A DNA stretch of 64,000 bases from Octopus sinensis (GCF_006345805.1 NC_043008.1:6262001-6326000); one strand, 5' to 3'. Shown: positions 38,737 to 52,510, counted from the first letter of the stretch. Made by a program: numbers and translations. The notes: a model not told the origin generated them from the letters alone.

Positions 38737-39330
38737 GTTTAACGTCCGCTTTCCATGCTGGCATGGGTTGGACGGTTTAACTGAGGGCTGGCAAGCCAGA
38801 AGGCTGTACCTGGCTCCAACCTGATCTGGCAAAGTTTCTAGAGGTGTAGTGGTTGCTTTTTATGTGCCACTGTATTATATATATATATATTATATATATA
38901 TATATATATATAATATATATATATATAATATATATATATGCATATATATATATATGTATATATATATGCACGTGTGTATATATATACATATAGCAGACCT
39001 GCTGTGCTTGGGGAAACCTATTGAGTCAAGTACATCAACATCAAAATAAAAATCAAATGGAAATTGTTGTTGTGATATCTGTGCCGGTGGCATGTAAAAA
39101 GTACCATCTGAACATGGCCGATACCAGCGCTGTCTTGACTGGCGATGTGAGGTGGCACATAAAAAGCACTAATCGATCATGCCTTTTGCCAGGCACCCCT
39201 GGCACCTGTGCCGGTGGCACGTAAAAAGCACACACTCACAGAATGGTTGGCATTAGGAAGGGCATCCAGATATAGAAAGAGAGCCAGATCAGACTGGAGC
39301 CTGGTGCAGCCTCCTGGCTTCCCAGACCCC
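38737..39330. mobile_element. Two RTE 3' UTR fragments in opposite orientation (38737-38870 minus; 38993-39330 plus) around (TA)n
   Basis: Family homology. Confidence 0.75.
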
Positions 39331-40777
39331 ATATGTTAGATGGGGGTTAAGGTATAAGGGAAGACGCTGGAGTAGAGGATGTTATTGTTGTGTAGGAGCT
39401 ACAGGACAATTGACATTTAAGAAAAAGAATGAGAATGAATGTGTGTGTGTATATATGTACGTATATAAATATACATGTGTAAACATATACATATATGTAT
39501 TCATATATATATATATATATATACATAGACAAATTGACATATAGATGCATATATATATATACATATATATATATGTATGTGTGTGTGAGTGTGTGTGTGT
39601 GTGTGCAATTCAAATATAATTCAAATTTACAGAACATAAAAGGCGAAGACAGATGCAGGAACAACAAGCAGGTGTATTAGTTGAATGCTTCGGAAGAATG
39701 GAAAAGTCTTTGACATTTTGATCCTACACTCTTCAAGAGAAAGGACTGAGAGGAAAAAATGGAGGAAGAACAAGAAATGGAGAGAGAACGAAAAGAAAAT
39801 GGAGAGAGAAAAAACGTGTAGGTATTAACAGCCTACATATATACATACATACATACATACATACATATACACATATATACATCAATACATATAGACATAT
39901 ATACATGTATAAATACACATATTAATACATACACATATACATACATATACACATACATACACATATACATACATGGTTAGATATTTATCTCTCCACCCTG
40001 AAGATGGAAGACAAGTCTACCCAGTGTTTATATGCTTCAATTACTGTTTGTGTATTTTTGTGAACTACATCTGCCAACATTACAAAGTAATCTCAACCCT
40101 CCAGAAACAGCTGTCGGACTTGTAACACTGTGCTTTATCTCCTCAATGTTGTGTGTCATTGTACTCTGTATAAGTTTGCTCTTGTAATATATAAATGTCT
40201 ATGTATTTATACATGAATATTTATCATCTGAAGATGTTCAGTCTTTGCATTCTGTCTGCATACATGTATACATGTATGTATATTTTGTACATCAAGCCAA
40301 GCAGTTTTATTTGTTTATTTGCATCATTATCTCTATACATTCATAGACACATACATTCATACATTCATACATATATAAACATATATGCATTCATACATTT
40401 ATATATACATATATATGTACATACATTTGTATACACACATATATAAGTATATATTATATATATATATATATTATATATATATATATACATATATATATAT
40501 GTATGTGTATATGTGTGTGTGTATATATACATATATGTATATACATACATACATACACACACACATTTGTTTGTATGTGTGCACTTAAATATGTATGTAT
40601 ATATGTATGAGCATTTTGATATATATATTTGTACTATTCTTTGTCTTATCTCTTTAAATATGATTGTTTTTTGGCTGTTTTCTTTTTCCTTAATAGAAAT
40701 GGAAACAAATTTATCTTCAAAATTTATTTTAAATTACATTCTTTTTAAAGAAATATCTAAATATTTTTTCATGTGAC

Positions 40778-40826
<49 letters not shown>

Positions 40827-41378
40827 TACGAAATAACATTGTCATTCAACTTTATTATTAGTGAAACTTAACAAAACAACAACAACAAGAAAAAAAGCTG
40901 ATTTTGAAGAACATCAAGTTGTCAATAGCAAATCATACATTTTTGGCTGAATCTTTTCTTGTGTTCTTCCAAGTCACAAACATAGACACAAAAATATACG
41001 AAACCAATATAAAATGAATATTGATTTCTTCCGACTAATTCCAAAGAGATAGGTATAGATAAGTGACTCTAGAGGAATGAAAAGCTAAATCAGTTTGACT
41101 ATTAGCAGTGAAATGAGAACTTTTAGCATTGAAGAACCAAAGTAATTAAAGGAAATAATTGCTAGAGTACCAATAATTATGGCAAAGCATTCATCTGAGT
41201 ATTATTTAGCTCAGTATTATGTGCAGTAAATATTGTCTGTGTGTGTAGGTAACTAAATCTATACACAGTTAAGTGAAGTACAGATTACTGAGACAATTAA
41301 CCTCCTTTTATTTGGTCTTGGTCCCAGATTTGCAGTTTAATAAATATATTATTTCTCTCTCCTTTTAAGAAACTTTAA

Positions 41379-41598
41379 CCCTTTCATTACCAACTCAGCT
41401 GAAACCAGCTCTGGCTCTAAGTACAAATGTCCTGTTTTCATATGTTTTGAATTAAAATCTTCCACCAAACCTTAGTCACGATTTATGTTCCTATCACTAG
41501 CTGAATGACAACTAAGTTATTTTACTAAATTTTTTGTTATATTTAATGTAATTGAAAGAAACACAGAGCATCTCAAAATAGATACAGTAATGAAAGGG
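41379..41598. mobile_element. piggyBac-like MITE type 1
   Basis: TTAA flanks; perfect TIR ccctttcattac/gtaatgaaaggg. Confidence 0.9.
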
Positions 41599-41622
41599 TT
41601 AAAGTCACAATGATATTTTAAA

Positions 41623-41843
41623 CCCTTTTGACACCAACCCAGCTAAAACCGCATCTGGCTCTGTAATACAAAAGTCTTGTTTTCATAAGTTTTGAATTAA
41701 AATCTTCCACCAAACCTTAGTCACAATTTATGTTCCTAATACTAGTTGAATGATAACTAAGTTATTTTACTAAATTTTTTGTTATATTTAATGTAATTGA
41801 AAAAAACACAGAGCATCTCAACAGAAATAGGATAATAAAAGGG
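41623..41843. mobile_element. piggyBac-like MITE type 1, adjacent second copy
   Basis: Aligns end to end with 41379-41598; GGG-TTAA end. Confidence 0.85.
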
Positions 41844-42179
41844 TTAATATTGTTGAATGTATGTAGTAAAAGAGAGTGATGGATTCTCCCATTAAAGACG
41901 AACGACATGCACAAATGATTTGTTCATAGTGGTCAAATGTAAGTGCTGTAAATTGGCTCACTTCCTCCATCAAATTGACATTACCTGAACAGGTGCTCAA
42001 GTGTACCACACGTCTGGAGTTGAAGTGATCAATATGATATGAAATGTTTTGCTAAAGAACACAGTACACCGTCTGGTCTAGGAATTGAAACCACGATCTC
42101 ACATGCAACACCCTAACCACTTGGCTGTGCACTCTTGATAGTAAAACAGAATATATAGAACATGTATAGAAAAAGGTGT

Positions 42180-42490
42180 GAAGTCACGTGGATCAGTGTT
42201 TTGAGTAATCAGTTCATGGTTGTAAGGCCAAGAGTTCAATTCCCAGCAGTGTCTTGTTTCCTTGAGCAAGACACTTTATTTCACATTGCTCCAGTCCACT
42301 CAGCTGACAAAAATGAGTAGTACTTGTATTTCAAAGGCCCAGCCTTGTCACACCCTGTGTCACACTGAATCTCCCTGAGAACTACGTTAAGGGTACATGT
42401 ATCTGTGGAATGCTCAGCCACTTGCAGGTTAATTTCTCGAGCAGGCTGTTCCATTGATCCAGTCAACTGGAACTCTCACCATTATTGTAA
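42180..42490 (+). mobile_element. tRNA-SINE family A
   Basis: gagttcaattccc B-box-like motif; cttgagcaagacactttatttcac core shared with 45920. Confidence 0.75.
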
Positions 42491-43517
42491 CTGATGGAGT
42501 GACCGTTTAGTTTTGTAAAATGGTTAAAAAATTGGTGCCATACTTTAAAAGTACATATCATGCATTGACACCAATTAAAAAACTATGAATATATGCTGGA
42601 ATAACACATCTCAGAGTGATTGGAATCTATACCAATTTAAAAATAATGGCAATAGAAGCAATAAGGTTAATAGTGTTGCAATTTCATCCCAGTTTAGCAA
42701 TAACTCAACGTAAAAGTACAGCAATGTAATAAAAGAACTAATTTTTGTTAAGGATATTAAGTATATAAATTATGCCATCATCCATCTTAAATATATTTTG
42801 AAATAAAACCAACCACGCTTTGCTTCTCATTTTTAAGTACCATCTTTGTATATAGTTCTACCGTGAATGCTTACATATAAGCATAGTTTTAGCAGCAGAC
42901 AGAACTCTTGAATTATCAATAATAATGATTCCTTGCCTAGGTATGGGGCCTTAGATATAACAAGGAAGGAAAAAGGAGATGTAGGAACACATCTTTTTCT
43001 CCACAGCATTATTTATGTAAGATGAAATTAAATAGTTCCAGATGGAACTGGAAACTTAGTTACAGACAAAGTTCACCAGGAGATTAGAATATGAATTAAC
43101 GGCTAATATATATACAATAAAACAATTCCTGTTTGAGAATACTTTTAAGTAAATAGAAGAACGGCTTTCTTTGTCTGATCATAATAATTCAAAGTTGGTA
43201 TTTCTATGAAATGGAAATCTTATAGTTACATGTTAAAGGCATAGATATTGAAATTTAAATCATTATGGTGACTGAAAAGTATATTAAGATATCCACAATT
43301 CCTTCCTGTATGCACGCACACACACAAACACAGAGAGAGGCTGTCATATCACGTACTCACACCATGAACTCTCACCTTTATCCACATAAGACTAAACTCA
43401 ATCTAATCAACCACAGAATAGTCTCTATTCTAATTCTAAACCAGATATCAACAATTTATAATGATGATAATGATAATAATAATAATAATGATGATGATGA
43501 TGATAATAATAATAATG

Positions 43518-43564
<47 letters not shown>

Positions 43565-43567
<3 letters not shown>

Positions 43568-43765
43568 GACCTACTCATTGAAATTGAGAAAATGTGGCAT
43601 CTCAAGGCGGTTACAATACCAGTGATCGTAGGAGCACTAGGAATGATCAAGAAGGGAACTGAAAATTATATGAGAATGATCCCTGGCTTACCATCCCTGC
43701 AAGAAGTGCAAAAGATTGTCTTAACTGGTACATCACACGTATTGAGAAGAGCATTGTCGATGTGA
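43565..43765 (+). pseudogene. Dong/R4-type (RLE) non-LTR retrotransposon ORF C-terminus, 5'-truncated
   Basis: KDLLIEIEKMWHLKAVTIPVIVGALGMIKK..IPGLPSLQEVQKIVLTGTSHVLRRAL matches the end of the restriction-like endonuclease domain; starts directly after (AAT)n. Confidence 0.75.
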
Positions 43766-43934
43766 GAACTGTTGCTGCACATGTATTATAATTTAAAAAA
43801 AAAAAAAAAAAAAATGAACGAACTATTGAGTTTGGTTTAATGGCCTACCAATGTATACTATGAGTTTCTTTGCCCTAGGAGTCGGGAAGACACTCGGCAA
43901 GAAATGGAAGCAAATTTGAAAGAAGAAAAAAAAG
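43766..43934 (+). mobile_element. 3' UTR of the Dong/R4-type element
   Basis: Follows the stop codon, ends in an A-run and then (TAA)n. Confidence 0.65.
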
Positions 43935-43977
43935 TAATAATAATAATAATAATGATAATAATAATAATAATCATAAA

Positions 43978-44525
43978 TGCCCTGATGCAGTACCAGGTAG
44001 TGGCTTCTCATCTTAACTGATTGGAGGTGTTATCATGTACATTGCTTTGTATTGGTATAAACGATGGGCTACGTCAAATATTCTGCTCAATACCACAGAT
44101 TTGCTTGTCAGTTGTTTGACCGTAACCAGTTGAGCATGTCCCTTAGTGGCTGATGATATGTGCATTTCTAATCAAGCACAGAAGTAGTAGGGGAGCATCA
44201 TAGCAATGTGTTGAGAGGGATTCTTTAGAGTTTGAATAATTCACCTCTGGAAACATTGATGTTTCATTCACCATCCTTAAATAACTCTTATTCAAGGATC
44301 ATTTGAGTGAGATGGGCTACTCAACCTGAAAAAAATTCTAAATGAGCCACACTCGCAAGGTCATGTGCTGCCTATCTTGATATGAAATCACCATGTCATA
44401 TACATTTGGTTGTGGCGCATGTGCCTGGTGTAACCTTATCAAACGAGTAGTCATGATGGGTATATTGAACTTCATATATTTGTACCCCAGGGTCACTCTG
44501 ATGGTCTGCACTACACTCTCACTCA
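43978..44525 (+). mobile_element. (AAT)n-embedded non-coding retro-element, longer copy
   Basis: Homologous to 449-893; (AAT)n on both sides. Confidence 0.8.
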
Positions 44526-44574
<49 letters not shown>

Positions 44575-45372
44575 TATTAAGTAATAATGAACTTATTGTA
44601 TACAGTGGTCAAGTGCACGTAGCCTACCCCATCAGAAAAAGTAGTCAAAAGCAGCTAAAAGTGGCTAGGTAATCTCTAAACAATTATTTTTCCTTCAGCC
44701 AGAAAACTCTATTTGTTGAACAGATCACTGATCAAAGAGGCTCTACTTACAAACAATGTGTCTATTCATGGGTGCATTTTAGAACTATACTGTCTAACAT
44801 AGCTTTTCCTGTTTTAGGATAGTAAAATGTGATTTGGCTGCTATTTCTAGCAGAGGTGTAACTCAGTAGAGGTTTAAATCTGTGAAATGAGGAACAGCTT
44901 ATCTAACACTTAAACATTGTAATAAGAGAAATAACATTGGACTTTGGTCAGAGATGAAGCCTGAAATGCGAATCACCAAACTAAATAATATTATAATATA
45001 TTAAGCATGACATCTCATTTTCTTTGTTACACCTGTCTCTATTGCTAAACTTACCATTCTACTAGCATTCTATTGGCCAATATAGCAAATCTAAACAAAG
45101 AAATAAATAAAAATTAGGTATCACTGATTGCTTTGTTATTTTTTTTTTTTAGCTGATTGCTTCAGATGTCAGCTCTGCTAATTTCAAAAAATCAAAATGG
45201 AACAAATTCTTTAATTCTAAACTTTTGGTATTTAGTTGTGTCTTTGGTCTTTAAACACGTGACTCAGCTCTTTAGACTATGTCTTATGATAAAGGAACAA
45301 TGAATGAATTAAGTTTCTATGTAAATCAAATCTGTTACGAATAAAAGAAAATGTATCAGAAATATAACAAAC

Positions 45373-45427
<55 letters not shown>

Positions 45428-45475
45428 TATGTATATATAACCAAACACACACACACATACACACATGCATATATA

Positions 45476-45508
<33 letters not shown>

Positions 45509-45524
45509 GTATGTATGTATATAT

Positions 45525-45690
45525 AATGGTGCATAATTACTCTGGCATTTTTTCAACAAATTTTATTCAACAAAAACAATGACGTGTAACAAAAACATCT
45601 TTAAGTGATTATTCTGGAGCATATTCACCATCCACTTCAATTACTGCTTCCCATTTGCTTGGCAGACAGTCAGACCGTCATTTAAAGATA
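45525..45690 (-). pseudogene. mariner transposase C-terminus and 3' end
   Basis: Minus-strand LPSKWEAVIEVDGEYAPE* resembles the mariner LP.RW..V...G.Y terminal motif. Confidence 0.6.
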
Positions 45691-45919
45691 TTCTTGTCAA
45701 ATATTGTTATTGTTTTTGTTGAATAAAATTTCTGGAAAAAAAGCTGCAATAATTAAGATGAGGACAAATATCTGTCAAATGTAAATAATGTACATAATAT
45801 AATCATGCATTGTCTTATAGCTTCAAGATTTTAATGGTATGTTTTTATATTTTTAGAATGACATTAGAATAGGTGTAAAGGGTTGGACCCGGCCAGTTTT
45901 AACATAAAATATGTAGAAT

Positions 45920-46250
45920 GAAGGCGCATGGCTCAGTGGTTAGAGCGTCGAGCTTACGATCGTGAGGTTGTGAGCTCGAATCCCGGACCGGGCTGCGTGT
46001 TGTGTTCTTGAGCAAGGCACTTTATTTCACGTTGCTCCCGTTCACTCAGCTGTAGAAATGAGTTGCGATGTCACTGGTGCCAAGCTGTATCGACCTTTGT
46101 CTTTCCCTTGGATAACACTGGTGGTGTGGAGAGGGGAGGCTGGTATGCATGGGCGACTGCTGGTCTTCCATAAACAACCTTGCCCGGACTTGTGTCTAGG
46201 AGGGTAACTTTCTAGGTGCAATCCCATGGTCATTCATGACCGAAGGGGGT
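45920..46250 (+). mobile_element. tRNA-SINE family A2, inside a decayed piggyBac-like MITE2 (about 45800-46310)
   Basis: A box tggctcagtgg, B-box-like agctcgaatccc; flanks rejoin into MITE2 sequence. Confidence 0.85.
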
Positions 46251-46737
46251 CAATAATCTGGACAGAATAAATATCTAGATTATCTGGCTGGATTAAACGC
46301 TAAAGGATTAATGACCTTGTTTCATGTTGGCATGGGTTGGATGTGTTGACGAGGATCCAATGAGTCAAAGCACAGTTTTATGCTCCAGTAACTGCTTTGC
46401 ATTGTTTTTATGGTTGGGTGCTCTCCCTTCCTAATGCCAACCACTTTACAGCAGGTTAGGAATTGTTGAGTTTATGCCAAAGTTATAAATCCAAGATTGA
46501 TCTCTGCATACTTTGAATCCAGAAATATGTATCAACAATTAAATGCTATAAAACATTTAGGGTACTATAAAGCAGCACCCTAAACACAAAAGCCCTTGCT
46601 CTGCTATAACCTATTTATAACAAATATATTTTTTCTTATAACTTGTAAAAGACATGACTTTGGAAGATTATCAACAAATAAAATTCATTAATAAAAGAGA
46701 AATAATTTGAGTGTTTAATTGTTAATTTATTAGTCTT

Positions 46738-47061
46738 GAAGGTGGGTAGAGCATCAAGCTTATGATCGTGAGGTTGTGAGTTTGAATCCCGAACTGGGCT
46801 GTGTGTTGTGTTCTTGAGCAAGACACTTTATTTCACGTTGCTCCAGTTCACTCAGCTGGCAAAAATGAGTTGTGATGTCACAGGTGCAAGCTGTATCGGC
46901 CCCTTTGCCTTTCCCTTGGATAACACTGGTGGTGTGGAGAGGGGAGGCCGGTATGCATGGGCGACTTCTGGTCTTCCATAAACAACTTTGTCTGGATTTG
47001 TGCCTGGGAGGGCAACATTCTAGGTGCAATCCCATGGTCAGTCATGACCGAAGGGGGTCTC
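46738..47061 (+). mobile_element. tRNA-SINE family A2
   Basis: Aligns with 45920-46250. Confidence 0.85.
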
Positions 47062-47104
47062 AGATTAGTCTTGAATTCATCTTCACTGTGAACGTTTTGT
47101 ATCA

Positions 47105-47735
47105 AAATTGCTGACGTGGCTGATGACATTACCACCTGATTGGCACTTGTGTCGGTGGAATGTTAAAAGCACATCTGAGCATGGAGTGTAACCAGCCCAC
47201 TTATGAGTACCCCTCATTCATTGGACAATAAACTTTGCTTGCGAAGACCTATTGAGGCAAGTGAAATCAAATCAAAATCACTGATTGGCACTCATGACAG
47301 TGGAATATTAAAAGCACATCCGAGTGTGATCGTTGTCAGGACCACGGATTGGCTCCCATGCCAGTGGCATGTAAAAAGCACTGTTCAAATGTGATCCTTG
47401 CCAATGTCACCTTACTGGCACATGTGCCAGTGACACCTGAAAAATAACATTCGAGTGTGGTCATTGCCTGTGCTGGTAGCACATAAAAAACACCTTTTGA
47501 GCATGGCCGTTGCCAGAACCGCCTTACTGGCCCTCATTCTGGTGTCACATAAAAGCACCGACTACACTTTCGGAGTGGTTGGCGTTAGGAAGGGCATCCA
47601 GCTGTAGAAACTCTGCCAGATCAGATTGGAGTCTGATGCAGCCATCTGGTTCGCCAGACCTCAGTCAAACCGTCCAACCCATGCTAGCATGGAAAGTGGA
47701 TGTTAAACGATGACGACAATGATGATGATGATGAT
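47105..47735 (+). mobile_element. RTE 3' UTR with (GAT)n tail
   Basis: Family homology. Confidence 0.8.
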
Positions 47736-48125
47736 GGGATTTGTCTCAAGAAAGGTTTCTCTTACACCTGATCTATATGATGCAGTCCAGTTTCTTGCAT
47801 TATATTTCGAATACCTACGACACCTGGAGATATTTAGTTAATCTTTCGAAGAATTAAGATTCTGATGTAGTGACACTAAAATGGTATTGATTTTGGTTTG
47901 GAGCTGTTTCTTTTATTGCCGTTGTCACTCTTGAAAAAGGATAAATGTCTCACTCAGCTGTCTTTCTTTTCGCACCTAGCATTTTCAGGTGTGACACTTG
48001 CACGTGGGAGATAAACATTTGTCAGTTTATGTTTTTCAATTTTAATGTTTCAATTTTCAGACAAGTAACTCAAAAAAAAAAAGGAAATAATTATAAAATA
48101 AAAATTAAAAATAAATTATATTAGC

Positions 48126-48173
<48 letters not shown>

Positions 48174-49699
48174 ATGAGTCACAGACAGGATACTCACTCA
48201 ACAGATTAACGACATTATGTTAATTAAATTGTGCTGTATCTCCAGTAAAGGTATTTAGAATTTTAAAATTATCTCTTAATTGTCCATACAATGTAACTAT
48301 AGAATGATACCATGAAGAGGTATACCAAGAAACTACCACAGGCAATATTACCACAGTATAATGAATGACTGTTATTGTTCATTAAGAAACCCTGTGATAA
48401 ATTAATTACATTATTAATGATTGTAGAGCCATGATGTTACTTTTGAGGGCTTCTTTTGTTTCACTGTTGCAGCAGAATGTGGCTGAAGAACAGACAAGAT
48501 AATAAATTTCATATAACTTGCTGAGACCCACCCGCCACAATCTTTCCCTATCCTGGCCTCAATAAATGGTTAACAATGGCGATCTCAACCCAAAACAGAC
48601 AGAAATACACCACGTCCAATATTGCAATTCTTTTTATAGGTTTAGTGTTTTTAAATTCAATGGACTGACATTTATAGTGAAGGGGGGAGCGAGATCTTTC
48701 AACCACTGAATACATTGAAATGTGGGATACACTCTAGTAGATGGAAACACAATGGGGGTAACTGGTTATAGTTGGAGAAGAATAAATAGTTCACCAATTC
48801 TAAAAGCATAAATACACCAAATATTGCTGGCCTGACACTACAAGAAAAGTTAAATTTCCCTTTTGGCATTGTAGTCTCACCATTTCAAACACAATTGTTT
48901 ACACTACAAAATACATCTAATAGCTGCCTGTCCAAAGGATTCGAGCTTTAATGGTGCATGAATTATTTGTTTATCTACAAAATGATCAGCTCAAAATCAT
49001 CACAAGCTGAAATCAAGAATTCCAATATATTTCTTTTGTCTATGGTTTCTGGTTCAATATCGCAACAAATAAAAAGAAAAGTAGGAAAAGAAAATGACAA
49101 ATGGCCAATAAATATAATGAATTGTCAGAAAATATTTTTGTTACTAATATAGGTCAATTGTTTTTATCTCCACCTCTCTCTCTCTCTCTCTTCCACTCTC
49201 CGTTCTACTCTGTTTTTAGAGAGAAAATGATTTGGCACAACCAACAATGGTTGTTGAACGTATCAATCCAAAGTAATTCTTTTTAATTCTGTTAAACTCT
49301 GTGATTAAACCTCTGGCATTTTCTCAACATGTTTCTTCATGCAAGAAAACACAAATAATAAAAAAAGAAGAGAGAATACTGTTGAGATTTCAGAAGTTGT
49401 GTTGTATTATTAAGTTCATAAAAACATTGGAAGTCTCTCAATTGGTTTTGTGTTGCAATATATATTTACTTAACCATTCATGGATCAGTAGAGAGGAAAG
49501 TGTTGAGTATATGAGACACTGGACTGCATGGATCATGAGTTCAAATTTAGCTGTATCTCAAGTTAACACATTAAAATCTTTATCCATTAATTCACCGAGT
49601 TTTATAAATAGAAGTAACTATCTTGAAAAAGTTGATTAAGATAAGCCAGTAATTTATTCAGGGATTTTTCTCTCTGGCATAATGCTACAGATTGAATCC

Positions 49700-50015
49700 C
49701 TAGTCTTGTGGATACACGTGACTGACCAGGCTATCAGATGTTGCTACACATCGCTGGTCCCAATGCGTTTCGCATTGATTTTAGCCTTCAAATGACGCCA
49801 CCCTGCTGGCTAAGTGAGCAGGCCAACAAAAGAAAGAGTGAGAGAAAGTTGCGGCGAAATAGTACAGCAGGGATAGCCACCACCCCCTGCCAGAGACTCA
49901 TGGAACTTTAGGTGTTTTCACTCAATAAACACTCACAACACCCAGTCTGGGAACTGAAACCGCGATCCTACGACCGCGAATCTGCTGCCCTAACCACTGG
50001 GCCATTGCTCCTCCC
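49700..50015 (-). mobile_element. tRNA-SINE family E
   Basis: Homologous to 7965-8237. Confidence 0.8.
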
Positions 50016-50974
50016 TTAACGATACATAAACATTAATATATCTTTTACTTGTTTCAATCATTAGATTGTGGTCATGCTGGGGCACTGCCTTGAAGAATTC
50101 TTAGCTGAATGAATCGACCCCTATACTTATTTTTTTGAAGCCTGGTACTTATTCTATCAGTCTCTTTTTGCCCAACTGCTAAATTCTTTTTCCCTTGACT
50201 TTCATCAATACTTCTCTTTCTCATTTTTTCCCTCATCATTTAAGTCTGACCTATCTTGCCTTTTGTGCCTTCAACATCGTTAAAATCAATCTTTTTAGAC
50301 TTTAATCAAATCATTCAGTGCTATTAATCAAATAACATAAGATACAAATTTTATGAAATTTTATGGAATTCCTGATTCGTAAAACCATGTCATATCACAA
50401 GACACTTTCTATGTTCAGCTGAACGCAACAAATTAACATTTTATTGTAAAGGACAAACTTAGACATGAATGATGATTATTTTTTGCTTTTTTGTTGTTGT
50501 TGTAGTATCAGATCATTTAATGACAAAGGTTTGACATTTCAGTATGGAACTTCCGGAACATTTCTTAAATGTTACACAAAGCCTGGTACTTGTTTCCAGT
50601 CAACATATCTCTCTGCCACTGTTACAACTGTTAAAAACTAATTAAAATATATTCTTGGATTTTTGTAGATGCAAACCATATTTTGAATGTTCTAATTTCG
50701 TAATGCTCTTTAAGACATTTTAGAATTTCACTTAAACTTTGACTTATAACAAAATATAAATGATTCTGACAAGGCTTTTAATATATCAAAATTTTAACTG
50801 AAATTTTTCATCAAGGAATATAATCAGATATTTTTTTTTTACTTTTATAAAAAAAACTGAAATAAAAACAAGAGAAATATAAAAAAAGAAAAACTGGATG
50901 TGGTGGGAATAAAATTTCTGAAACCATCTTTATACAATCCTGAGATTCTTTCTCAAGCAAGTTCCATGTAGCAT

Positions 50975-51378
50975 ATGCATGTGGTGTGTGGTAAGAAGCT
51001 TGCTTCTCAACCACATTGTTCTGGGTTCAAACCCACTGCGTGGCACCTTGGCCAAATGTCTTCTACTATAGCCTCAGGCTGATTAAAGACTTGTGAGTGG
51101 ATTTAGGTGATGGAAACTGGAAGAAGCCCATCATATATATATGTGTGTGTGTATGTGTGTCTGTGTGTTTGTATTTTTCCTCCATCCCTGCTTCACAACT
51201 GGGGTTGGTTTGTTTACATCCTCATAACTTAGCAGTTGAGCAAAAGAGATCAATAGAATAAATACTAGGCTTAAAAAGCTAGTACTGGAGTCGATTGATT
51301 TAGCTGAAATTCTTCAAAGCAGTGCCCCAGCATGGCCTCAGTATGCCCATAGTCTTATGACAGAAACAAGCTAAAAAA
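50975..51378 (+). mobile_element. SINE family B, diverged full length
   Basis: Family homology. Confidence 0.8.
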
Positions 51379-52134
51379 GATAGTGTTATCCCTGACCAAG
51401 TTTTCTATCTTCATCAAAGAAAACATGATATTCCTGTATTTGATGTCTTAGGATTTCTGCTATTACCATATTCTACACACTGGCAAATCTGTCAGCAGCA
51501 AAATAAGTAACCACTTCAAGCAGCAGAACTAAGAAACTAAGGAATGAAGAATCTGCATCGGAACTTGTTTCTTACCCCCCCCACCCCTTCATGCAAATTC
51601 CTCTGACAAAAGCCATTCTCTATGTCTAAGTCAATCCATCTGTAGATGATTATATACCAGCCGAGCCGATACTCTCCAAAGGCCTACACAAGAGTTGATA
51701 TGTTGAGGTTATTTTATATTTTATTGATTTTGCTCATTCTACTTTTGATGGATTCCAGAATTCTTCAACAGAAGAGAATAAAAGAACAGAAAGTCAACTC
51801 ATTTATAGGTTTGGTGGTGGGTGGGAGGTGGAGAGAAAGTGAGAAAGAGCAAGCTTATATGTCCATATATGTTTGTATGTATATGCATGTATGTACATAT
51901 ATATACATATATATGCATGTATGTGCATTTTATTTGTTTCTTTTCGTTACATGCACATACATATATATATAAACACACACATAACTATCTATCTATCAAT
52001 CTATCTATTTATCTATCTATCTCACTATATATATATGTGTATATATATATATATACACAAACATACACACCTGCCTATGTATGTATCTATGTATTTATCT
52101 CTGTTTTTATCTATCTATCTATCTCTCTCTCTCT

Positions 52135-52139
52135 CTCTG

Positions 52140-52173
<34 letters not shown>

Positions 52174-52510
52174 AATAAACACACCTATGTACACACTCAT
52201 AAACACAGACATGTATATGTGTGTATATAAGATTTGTGAAAAGTTAGGATGAAGATAGCTCACACGCACACACACACACACACACGAACAAATGCACATT
52301 GTGTGCATGCATGCATGTGTATGTATATATGAGCTTTTTGCATCTTAACTTTTCACAAATCATTTGACTCATAACGAAAATTAATCTAGAAATTTTATTT
52401 ATTTCTTATTTTCACCCTCCACTCCACCTCTCTCTCTCTCCCTCTCTACGTATCTATCCATCTGTTTCTCTCTCTTTCTCTCTCTCTCTCTCTGTCTCTC
52501 TCTCTCTCTG

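Noticed and set aside
43265-43564. N-terminal part of the 166-aa ORF
   Set aside because: Unique flank plus poly-N/D from (AAT)n, in frame by chance. Only 43565-43765 is retrotransposon-like.
45920-45995. tRNA gene
   Set aside because: A and B boxes are present but run into a repeated SINE body, with no proper acceptor stem. The same applies to all other tRNA-like heads.
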